From NCBI GenBank assembly GCA_022813965.1, contig JALDZS010000131.1, forward strand, positions 52,246 to 72,245: a DNA stretch of 20,000 nucleotides. The letters are read 5' to 3'. The position numbers and the translations under genes were made by a program. This DNA comes from Toensbergia leucococca. Its lineage: Eukaryota. Positions 10,842 through 20,000 of this stretch are shown here, piece by piece (position 1 is the first letter of the stretch; each line of letters opens with the position of its first letter). The notes under the pieces are model-generated. The model was not told the origin of the DNA. It ran no database searches and worked only from the letters and a program-made list of their open reading frames with translations.

Positions 10842-12117
10842 CTATGAGCTATGCGCAGAAAATGTGCTTCCAGACCCAATATCTCTACTCAGGTCATTCC
10901 ACCTTCGACGTCTTAGAGGATCCAGTTCTATTAACTTTCCGATCCAGTCCTCTATGTCAGTAGCCTGGACAGCCCGCTGACCAAATGCAACTTCATACAT
11001 AGATGATAATTGGACCAAGGATTGATATATCCATTTGCAGTCCAAAGCTCCATCAAGCATGTCTAGTAGATAATCTAGCTCCTCGGTAATGTAGGTTCGT
11101 TCTTCGTCAGCTGTGAGATTGGGGGCCATGGATTCATGTGTATGTTTCCGGTCAAAATTGCACATTAAATTCTGATGATAGAACCACAAAGATTGATCAG
11201 AGGCATCCGTGTACAAGGCTGTATGGATGAGTTCGAGCTCTATTTACCGTTAAGCTTCATAGGATTCAATATGTCTGACCTCCTTCGACTCACCCTCGTC
11301 CAGGAATTTCTTTCTAGCCACATTATCTGCATCTCGTTCTTTCAACAGCCTTGGGATCAGTTTACTCCGATTATGCCATGCAGAGAAATTTGATAAATTA
11401 GACCCAATCATCCGTGTCGTGTACTTGAACTCGTCTTCAGTCATATTTTGAGATGTTGCATTAGGATTAAGTCGACTCCTTTCCAAGGCTGCTATGACGG
11501 TTCGTCGATAGCCCCAACCAAGAAAGTTTCTACTATCTAGGCTCAACATCTTACCCACGAGGCCGAGCTCTTCATTCCACAAGCGACAAACTTCGGATTC
11601 TTGCAGTAGCCGGGTAGCTTCTTCGAGAAGCCAGAGACGGTAGTTCCATATCCAGTAGCATTTAGGGAATTTGCGAAGCAGAGGGATCAGGAAGGCTAGA
11701 TCGGTAGTAATGAGTTGACTAGCAGTGTCATAGGCATCGTTACTCTCGGCGTTATCGGATGGTAAAGTGTCTGATAAAGTGAATTGGTGGCGTAGAATCA
11801 GTCTTCGATAATTCCAGATGGTGTAGTATTCAGGATTCAAGGTTAATAATTTTGAGGTTAGTTGAAGGACTTCGCGGGTGTATTGACGCTCTTGAACCTG
11901 ATATACTATGAATGATAAATCCGACATCTTTTGAGACATCTTACTTTAGTGTCTACAATATCAACTAATTCTTTGTATTCTTGAATTTTCTGAAGCTCCT
12001 TTTTCCTTGCCTGACCAGATATTGGCTGTTCTCCTGTGACCCTTGGTACGCCATGCTACGTACAATCAGAGTTAGCAAGGTGCCGTGAAAAAATCGAGGG
12101 CAACATACACTAGCCAT
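10842..12117 (-). CDS. BET4: Rab geranylgeranyltransferase (type II) alpha subunit, 373 aa. Exons 12117-12109, 12055-11945, 11897-11294, 11239-10842
   Basis: MAS|HGVPR start and prenyltransferase alpha repeats (NPEYYTIWNYRR, FPKCYWIWNYRLW, DSRNFLGWGYRR, NLSNFSAWHNRS, DQSLWFYH), with DPLRRRRW near the end. GT-AG introns at 12108-12056, 11944-11898 and 11293-11240 give 1122 nt in frame. Confidence 0.94.
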
Positions 12118-12456
12118 CGCAGGTGGTTCCTGTTTATTCTGAAAATGGTATTCGGTCTGAAGGTGGCAGTTGCATCATCTGTGCTGCCTCGCTGCCTCTT
12201 GAGCGAGGCCTTCAGCCCTGTGCCAAGGGCCGTAAGCGAATCCATACTCGTCGTCCCCTTCTCCCTCTTCCGTAATTGTCCACCAACTCTTCACTTTGAA
12301 GCTTCATCACGCATTGATATCAATGCAGTGGGCTCCGTCCATCTTTAGCCTGCCTCTTAGGCATTGGTATTGTCGCCATATACGATAGTCTTCCTTTTCC
12401 GTCATTCGTTTGCATTACTATTGTTTATCGCTCTATTTCTACGCCGTGGCAGCACT

Positions 12457-15092
12457 ATGCCACATTTTCTCTCTGCTTCCGTAGAAGAGCACTGTACTTC
12501 TATGAACCTTGTTTCTTTTGAACTTTCACACTCTGCTTCGATTAATGGTTCGGCTTCTTGTTCTGTTCCATTCCGTCTACTACGCAAAGCCAAGTCCTGT
12601 GGTCCCGAGAATCTCACGCAGCTCGTCTACTTGAGAATACCGTCGCCACCTCTGCTTGAAGATGTGTTACATAATGAGGCATCTCACTACGCTCAAGCTG
12701 ATGGAGCCGTTGATCTCTTTCCTTTCCCTCTTCACCCTGGGCCTATCATAGCTGCTGGACCAAGCGGAGGAGCTGAAAGCTATGGAGACCAGAGGACGAG
12801 GAAGAAACGCTTCAGCGCCGAAGCCGCTTATCTGACTCCACCTCCATCTCCAGATCGTTATATCTCAAGCCGATGTACGCCTCAGTCTTCCTCACAAAGT
12901 TTCCGCTTGAACAAATCCCCGAATAATCTTTCAAGCCCAGAGAAGCTTTTACGTCGGGAATCTGCAACTCCAGATCCCTTCGGTTCTTTGAGCCCTAGGC
13001 GAGTAAGAGAAGCTAGTAGGCTCACCTCTGGCTCGGGAGGAAGACCTGCAAACCAATCTCGGTCAGGTGTGATAGGTAGCGCTGACATGCTCGGACTTGC
13101 AAGAAACTCTCCCGACCCACAAGCAAGAAACGCGAGCGCAGGCGCAATATGGAACATTGGTGGAATCCCAACACCGGCACCTGGGCCGGTACGGAGTATT
13201 TCCGATGGTCGAGGGGGTCTCACTGGGAGTGGCACAAACGCTCCAATGTATTCATCACGTTTCTTTGAAGGAGACACGCCCGATCAGGATCTTGATCGCC
13301 TCGAAGGCCGACTTGCGCTTGCATTAGAAATTGATCAGGCAAGCAGGGTGCTCAGCAATTCTCGGTCACCTGAGCAAGTTAGAAGCGCAAGCTCTGTTGA
13401 CACCGGCACACATCGTGATGCCTTTTATGTAGAACCTCGAACTCTATGGAAAGACGGTGGATGGCTCAGAGAAGGTAAAGGTTCAGGTTAGTAATCCCAT
13501 TCTCCTTGTCGTTTCATTACGTATCAGAGTTGCAGAAAGCCTTGTTTTCAGAGTCATCTACTGACAGACACTGCGTAGCTACTAAGAGGACGAGGAAGAA
13601 GGAACCAAGAGCAGTTCCGATCACTCCATTCAGATAGGTTGCCCTGAAAGTATCATCATGTGCTCAGCCTAATAAAAGTACAGTTTTGGATGCGCCACGA
13701 CTACGAGATGACTATTATTGCTCGATTCTTGCATACTGCCATACCTGCCGCACTCTTGCTGTTGGTCTTCAGAATAAAGTGTACCTTTGGTCAGAGATCT
13801 TCGGGGTCAGGTATCCCGAATTAGACCCCAGTCGTCGGAACACATATGTCACATCCTTATCTTTTTCTTCTACTCAAGGGGGTCATGGTATTCTGGCTAC
13901 TGGGTGCAGCGATGGTCTAGTCAGTCTTTGGAGTCTTCACGACAAGGATACAAGATTTCGGTCTCAGCAGTCGAACGCTATATCTTGTCTTGCGTTCAAG
14001 CCGGTCACAACACGCAGGCAATCCGAGCGTTTTGGTACTCTAGTAGCGACGGAGGAGCTTCTGGTTGGAGACGAGCTTGGAGTAATCTCGTACTATTCGA
14101 TAGAGTGGTTGAATAGTCAGCAAGTCAACATCCATGGATGGGATGGTGCAATGGCTTTACTGGCCAAGATCAGCGTCCATGAGCAGCAAATCTGCGGGCT
14201 TGCCTGGTCACCTGATGGAGACTACTTTGCTACGGGAGGAAACGACAATGCTTGTTGTTTGTTCGAAGTCAGAGATATCCTCGCAGCACCTGAAATTTCG
14301 CTCAACAGAGGACCACTTCAAGCAATGATGATCGGCTTCGGTATTCCCCACACTTTACCTAGTCCTGGTGGCAGCCACACGATTACTGGTAATCTAGGTC
14401 GTCGTCTTCGGGATGCGTTCCTTCCACAGGAGCATCAAAGTTTCATTCTCCCAGCCGACGATATTAGTTTCACGAAAAGCAAGCCTCCTTCAAGCCAACA
14501 TGGTGTCTTGGAAGTTGGCGAAGGTCGCCAGAAGCATAGGTGGCTTCTCAGCGCGGCTGTTAAAGCCATTGCATTCTGCCCCTGGCAGCGAGGGCTATTG
14601 GCCATAGGCGGTGGGTCCAATGACAGAGCTATTCACTTCTACCATACCTTTTCCGGAGCGTGTCTGGCAACGATCAATGTTCAGGCGCAGGTGACGTCCT
14701 TAATATGGTCAACTAGCCGTCGAGAGATTGCAGCTACGCTTGGGTACGCGCAGCCAGAGCATCCATATCGCATCGTCATATTCTCTTGGCCAGATTGCAG
14801 GCAAGTCGTAGCCATTCCCTGGGCTAGCGAAATGCGGGCACTCTTTGCGATTCCCTATCCAGGAGGCCCCAACCAGAGCAGTCGACTAATGGGGGAGGGT
14901 GTGACATGGTGGTCACGTACCGCCGAAGAAGGTTGCATCGTTGTAGCTTCCTCAGATGAGTCGGTCAAATTCCACGAGGTCTGGAGTGGTGGGAGGAAGT
15001 CTACTGGTGGGAACAATGGCTTGCTAGGAGGCAGCGATATCCTCGAGGGACTAGAGGGAATCGATAAGGAGAGTGGGGACATTATTCGATGA
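12457..15092 (+). CDS. Cdc20/Fizzy-family WD40 APC/C co-activator, probably the meiotic Ama1-like paralog, about 831 aa. Exons 12457(start uncertain)-13486, 13579-13633, 13682-15092
   Basis: C-box-like DRYISSR at 12853-12873; RAVPITPFR|VLDAPRLRDDYY at the entry to the propeller; WD40 motifs HEQQICGLAWSPDG..ATGGNDN and AAVKAIAFCPWQ..LAIGGGSNDR; C-terminal IR tail (DIIR*). The Ama1 assignment is inferred from divergence (DDYYCSILAY rather than DDxYLNLxDW). The start could be ATG 12457 or 12502. Confidence 0.88.
13634..13681 (+). other. Non-canonical AT-AC intron, 48 nt, with U2-type signals
   Basis: TTC AG|ATAGGT...GCCTAAT...GTAC|A GTT TTG GAT. Removing it gives F-R-V-L-D-A-P; retaining it gives AGA TAG (stop). 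Confidence 0.8.
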
Positions 15093-15722
15093 AATGAGCG
15101 CTTTTCACTTGGTTTTCTTGAGGCCCCTTTTGCCTGGTTGAATTCATCATTCAGCCTGGTCTTGGTGTAAACAGTGTAAGAATTATGTTTACTAAACAGA
15201 TCGTTTCTTGTTAATAAACAAGCACCATAATGACACTCTCGACACCAACTCGGCTATTGATAAGAATTGTCAAAGCCAGTTGTGTGTGATTATCTATGGT
15301 ATAGAAGAAGATGGACCATTCAAAGTGTTGCTAGTCGCGATAGCAACCTATCTTCTGTTATTGTGATTATTTTCTTGGCTGAAATCCAAGAAGAAATTGC
15401 AAGTCTCTAGCATAAGGTAGGTATAGAAAAGGAGGAATCAGCCCCCCAAGTATGCTGATGAGTGTGTTTAATTCCACGTACATGGCATGCACAAAACATG
15501 ATAAAAAGACAAGAGCTCAGTATTTCTTCCAACTACTTCATTAGTCCCTACATAGATTTTAATCATGATCACTTTGCGATATTCTTATTGCATGGCTGTG
15601 TACAACAAAACAAATCAATAATCTTGAAAGGGTAGTGCAGTTCCATACCCAAGAATAAAATCAACGGTGCTCCAAGTCTCAGAGCCCTTCCGTCCTCGAG
15701 TTGTTCGTCACAACTCATTGAA

Positions 15723-15773
15723 GTATGTATCTATCGATTTTTATGGCAGTTACAATACTGAATACCCACGTAG
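15723..15773 (+). other. Probable 5'UTR intron (51 nt) of the hypothetical gene
   Basis: GTATGT donor, ACTGAA branch-like site, CGTAG acceptor ending 22 nt before the first in-frame ATG at 15796. Confidence 0.5.
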
Positions 15774-15795
15774 TCATACGCTCTATACTTTGAAG

Positions 15796-16470
15796 ATGGC
15801 AGAAGTACGTCCTATGGGTACTTTAGCAAGATTGCCACTTGAGTTGAGAATCAAGATATACAAATACGTACTTATTCCACGTAAACGCAAAGTCTATCTC
15901 AGCGTTGGTCCCAGGCAAAGCCCTTCCACTTTCTACTTCGGCCATTCGGTCCGCTTTCTCCTAGCTTGCAAGGCCATATATCGAGAAGCCATCTTGGTAT
16001 ACTACGGCGAGAATACGTTTGCGGGCTTACCATGGGATTATGTGGCATTGCTCAGTGACGACTGCTCACATCGCCTCTCGACAGCAAATGCGGCTATGAT
16101 CAGACACGTTGAGATTAGGTTATACTACAATCATACTAACAACGAGAACGGCCTCCAAAATTGCGTGCAAGCGTTGAGTAAGCACTGTACAGATATAAAG
16201 ACTTTGAAGATTAAGGGCGGGTATCCTTGTGAGGCGTTTGTATGTCGGCAAATGGATGGCCCTCACATTCATATTCGAGGGGATCTATGTTGGAGCTCAG
16301 GGACTCCTGAAATGTCAAAGATGATTCTTCTGAGTATTGCAAAGCTCATGCCGAGTCTTGTCGAGTTGAAATTGATATCCCTCAGCTCGAGATATCATTG
16401 TTTGATTGCGGATAAAGCTGTCGAGATAGTGAAACCGGGGTGGAAGACCAAAGCTCAGGATTCGTGCTGA
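15796..16470 (+). CDS. Hypothetical fungal protein, 224 aa, with an N-terminal F-box-like motif
   Basis: LARLPLELRIKIYKYVL followed by LLACKAIYREAILVYYGENTF, a pattern typical of expanded fungal F-box-like families. No specific family is assigned. Confidence 0.7.
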   Translation: MAEVRPMGTLARLPLELRIKIYKYVLIPRKRKVYLSVGPRQSPSTFYFGHSVRFLLACKAIYREAILVYYGENTFAGLPWDYVALLSDDCSHRLSTANAAMIRHVEIRLYYNHTNNENGLQNCVQALSKHCTDIKTLKIKGGYPCEAFVCRQMDGPHIHIRGDLCWSSGTPEMSKMILLSIAKLMPSLVELKLISLSSRYHCLIADKAVEIVKPGWKTKAQDSC

Positions 16471-16914
16471 AGGTCCCTCGGTCGAAGAAGGGCGAAGACT
16501 CAGATGGGCGAGGATGAACGGTAGAGTAGTGATTGTGGGGTGTAGCTACATCTCATATTGGTCTTTGGAGTCTTGGTATTTCAGAAGCAAACGTTAAATG
16601 TTGTGACTAAGAGCAATCGGATAAGTACTCTGATGGCTTATCTGTCTTGATAGCTCGGAAAGTGGTATTCCTCCATCACAAATATTCATTGTGTTACTGT
16701 AATTAGATTTATGTGCTTAGTAGGACCATGGAACTAAGCAAGCCAAGTCATGAACAATGTCCTATCTCCTATCGGATAGTCGTGTAAGGGTTTCTGCATG
16801 ATCTAAGCCCTGTCAGTCCTAGCGCTTCGCTTAGCCCACACATTGAAATCAATCTACCTACGCGGAACGTCAGCTTCAATCCTCTCGATATTTTGACATC
16901 AACTACCCGTCAAG

Positions 16915-17863
16915 ATGAAGCTCAACATCTCCTATCCCGCCAATGGCACCCAAAAGCTCATTGAAATCGAAGATGAGCGCAAACTCCGTATCTTTATGGA
17001 ACGTCGTATGGGCGCTGAAGTCCCTGGCGATAGCGTCGGTCCTGAATTTGCTGGCTACATCTTCCGCATCACTGGTGGTAACGACAAGCAAGGCTTTCCC
17101 ATGAAACAAGGAATCATGCATCCCACTCGCGTTCGTCTACTGCTCTCTGATGGCCACAGCTGCTACCGACCAAGACGCACAGGAGAGAGGAAGCGTAAGA
17201 GTGTTAGAGGGTGCATCGTTGGCATGGACTTGAGCGTGTTGGCGCTTAGCATAGTAAAGCAGGGAGATGGAGATATTCCAGGGGTTACGGATACTGTGTC
17301 ACCGAAGCGGTTGGGACCAAAGAGAGCTACGAAGATTAGAAAGTTCTTTGGACTTGGAAAGGAGGATGATGTGAGTGTCCTTTGACATGGCGCAACATCA
17401 TTAATAGTGCGCTATCGGGTGCACATTGATTGTGGAGGGAAACAAGTGGCTCCACAATTTTGATACTGACCTCGAGGCTTGGCAGGTTCGCAAATTTGTT
17501 ATCCGTCGTGAAGTACAACCCAAGGGCGAGGGCAAGAAGCCATACACCAAAGCACCACGCATTCAGCGTCTAGTCACCCCCCAACGACTACAACACAAAC
17601 GTCATCGGATGGCTTTGAAGCGTCGCCAAGCTGAGGCCTCAAAAGACGCCGCTGTATGTTTACAACATCTCTCCTTCACCCTCTGACGCCATCCAAGGCT
17701 AAAAACTTTACTACAGAACGAGTATGCCGCTATCCTGGCCAAGCGCGTCAATGAAGAAAAGTCAAAGAAGACTGAATTGCGCAGTATGGTTCCCTTAATC
17801 TCTACTAAGAAAGTCAAAGACTGATGTTCCACAGAGCGAAGAGCTTCATCGATGAGGAAATGA
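16915..17863 (+). CDS. RPS6: 40S ribosomal protein S6 (eS6), 239 aa. Exons 16915-17370, 17486-17653, 17717-17783, 17835-17863
   Basis: [17 protein letters not shown]...[13 protein letters not shown]...[11 protein letters not shown]...[11 protein letters not shown]...[11 protein letters not shown]...[12 protein letters not shown] introns at 17371-17485, 17654-17716 and 17784-17834. Confidence 0.98.
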
Positions 17864-18211
17864 GGTGCCGAAATCGAGGTGATTTAAGGTTTTCGAGCTT
17901 TGAGAGAACTCGAAGAAGTCATAAGCATGAAGACTGGAAGTCCTGAGGGTTCATTGGAGAGGTTTGGTAGCATGGGCATTCTTCAAGATCTGGCTGAGTT
18001 TACACCTATCATGTAGAATAAGCCACGCCAAAAATTGCATAGAGATTTGTTCGAGCACTTGATACCTCCCTACCTAGAAACCCCATTCCCACAAACTTAG
18101 CCGGTTCAGTGCTAGTCTACCCGCAGCAAATGACATATGTCGTTCAACACCGCACTTTTGCACATAAAATTATCATCATGACGCTCTAACCACTACTTCT
18201 CGACGCCAATC

Positions 18212-19416
18212 ATGGCGATGAACTCCATTAAGCTCTTGACAGGCAACAGTCACCTCCAGCTAGCCGAGTTGGTCGCTGAACGGTAAGCTCCTCGAAATCA
18301 TACCCCACTGACAAGCATCGAGTCTGACCAAATCTCACGCAAAGTCTATGCCTCAAATTGACCCAAGTCAAAGTCGAGCAAAACTCCAACCAAGAAACTT
18401 CCGTCACAATCGGCGAGTCCGTCCGCGACGAAGATGGTACCCCACCGCTTCCCCCCCCACTCCTCCCCCCACCCCAACCCTAGCTAACCCCCCAACCTAA
18501 AATAGTATTCATCATCCAATCCACAGCCCCGGGCCAAATCAATGATGGCCTAATGGAGCTCCTTATCATGATCTCTGCCTGCAAAACCGCCTCCGCCCGT
18601 CGCATTACCGCCGTTATCCCCAACTTCCCTTACGCGCGCCAAGACAAAAAGGAAAAATCCCGCGCCCCCATCACCGCCAAGCTGGTGGCCAATATGCTGC
18701 AGACAGCTGGCTGCAATCATGTCATCACAATGGACTTGCACGCGAGTCAGATCCAGGGGTTTTTTAATGTGCCCGTTGACAATTTGTATGCGGAACCGAC
18801 GGCTCTGCGGTGGATACAGGAAAATATGATGGGGCCTGGGGGGGAGAGCGAGGAGGTTGTGATTGTCAGTCCGGATGTGGGGGGTGCGAAACGGTGCGTT
18901 TCAATTATCTTTTCTACCCTACCTTCTCTGCTCTTTCCCCCCCAGCAACCCCCCATCCCTTCCTTGGACTTTACCTAACTGGCATCGCAAAGCGCGGCCT
19001 CAATTGCGGACAAACTCGACTGCCCCTTCGCCATCATCCACAAAGAGCGCAAACGGCCCAACGAAATCGCCTCCATGACCCTCGTCGGCTCCGTCACGTC
19101 CAAAATCGCCATCATCGTCGACGACATGGCCGACACGTGCGGCACCTTGGTCAAAGCGGCCGAGACGCTCATCGACGAGGGCGCGACCAAAGTGGTGGCG
19201 ATTGTCACGCATGGGATTTTGAGCGGAGAGGCTATAAGGACGCTGAATGCGAGTCGGTTGAGTCGGGTTGTGGTTACGAATACGGTGCCGCTGGGTGGGA
19301 AGGAGGAGGGGTGTGCGATGTTGGAGGTTGTGGATATTAGTGCCACTTTGGCGGAGGCGTGTCGGAGGACGCATAATGGGGAGAGTGTAAGTTTTTTGTT
19401 TAGTCATGCGCCATGA
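18212..19416 (+). CDS. PRS: Ribose-phosphate pyrophosphokinase (PRPP synthetase), PRS2/PRS4-like, 324 aa. Exons 18212-18282, 18345-18436, 18506-18893, 18993-19416
   Basis: [11 protein letters not shown]...[23 protein letters not shown]...PYARQDKK...[12 protein letters not shown]...SPDVGGAKR...[11 protein letters not shown]...THGILSG...GESVSFLF. Introns at 18283-18344, 18437-18505 and 18894-18992 give 975 nt in frame. Confidence 0.95.
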
Positions 19417-19954
19417 TGGGGGATGTGGATGGTTTGTTGTGGGGCGGTGGGTTTTGGTCAGTGGGGTGAGGGGGGAAAATTAGATATAGATTCCAGCTCT
19501 CACTTTTTATTGATGGTAAGGTTCGTCTGGCTCGGTACCCTTTTTGTGTGCTGGAACTGGATGGATGGATATTTCGCAAAGTAGGTACGAGTATATTAGA
19601 ACTCTCCAAAGCTGATCCTACCCCCCTGAGATTTTTTTTCGGTCACCCCCCTTTCTCCCCCAAAATCGTTCATCTCTCCTCCCATTGGCCCCCTTTCCCA
19701 TTTATCTTTATTTCCCTCCCGTCGTTAAATCTTCAAGTCATGACGATTTTTTTTTTGTGAAATACTTCTGAGCCCGAGCCCCCCCCTTTTTTTCTCTTCC
19801 CCCGCTTTTTGTAAATTAGGTGAGGATTTTTGGGGGTTTGGGGGGGATGTTTTAGGGAGGATGGGGGGAAGAAAGGGGGGAAAGGGGGGATGATACTGGG
19901 AATTATCTCCGGTGAGGGTTTTTGTGGGAATGAGGGGGGGTGGGTTGTACTGTG

Positions 19955-20000
19955 TTTTTTTTTTTTTTTTTTTTTTTTTTGGGGGGGGGAAGGGGGGGGG
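19955..20000. repeat. Low-complexity homopolymer tract (about 26 T followed by G runs)
   Basis: Read directly at the end of the window. Confidence 0.85.

Noticed and set aside
13633..13683. Alternative GA-AG reading of the non-canonical intron
   Set aside because: It gives PF-ILDAP, losing the conserved basic residue, and GATAGG matches the donor consensus worse than ATAGGT does at positions +2 to +6.
16221..16228. Exact U12-type donor GTATCCTT inside the hypothetical ORF
   Set aside because: No TCCTTAAC-type branch site downstream and the ORF reads through, so it is most likely chance.
18178..18189. Three-codon uORF (ATG ACG CTC TAA) before PRS
   Set aside because: It lies about 10 nt after a TATA-like CATAAAA, so it is probably upstream of the TSS. 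It cannot be supported without transcript data.
18868..18893. PRS motif SPDVGGAKR instead of the usual eukaryotic SPDAGGAKR
   Set aside because: That position varies among active PRPP synthetases, other catalytic motifs are intact, and the change fits the local G/T bias.
8395..19416. Possible functional cluster (iron/Fe-S DPH3 and YFH1; trafficking APS3 and BET4; translation RPS6)
   Set aside because: These are unrelated housekeeping genes with no shared pathway evidence from sequence alone.
1..20000. tRNA, rRNA, snoRNA, transposon or CRISPR features
   Set aside because: No cloverleaf, paired C/D boxes with a terminal stem, transposase or RT ORF, terminal repeats or repeat-spacer array was seen by eye. 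A covariance-model scan would be needed to exclude small RNAs.

Overview
Gene-dense, intron-rich eukaryotic DNA, inferred to be from a filamentous ascomycete (Pezizomycotina) because of short 47-139 nt introns with CTRAY-type branch sites and the protein signatures. I hand-spliced nine protein-coding genes: the 3' part of the HECT E3 ligase TOM1/HUWE1 (+), DPH3/KTI11 (+), AP-3 sigma APS3 (-), frataxin YFH1 (+), Rab GGTase alpha BET4 (-), a Cdc20/Fizzy-family APC/C activator that is probably Ama1-like (+), an F-box-like hypothetical protein (+), RPS6 (+) and a PRS2/PRS4-type PRPP synthetase (+). No RNA genes, transposons or CRISPR arrays are supported. The main finding is a 48-nt AT-AC intron with U2-type signals (13634-13681) in the APC/C activator. 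It is required to rebuild the conserved PFRVLDAP motif, and a canonical exon-skipping route can bypass it. Other notable signals are strong, repeated C-rich to G-rich skew switches that appear to reshape protein sequence (8.2-9.9 kb and 18.4-20 kb), a hairpin-rich RPS6 intron, two PRS introns ending in the same CGCAAAG acceptor, and a stop-free 57-nt intron hidden in a TOM1 ORF.
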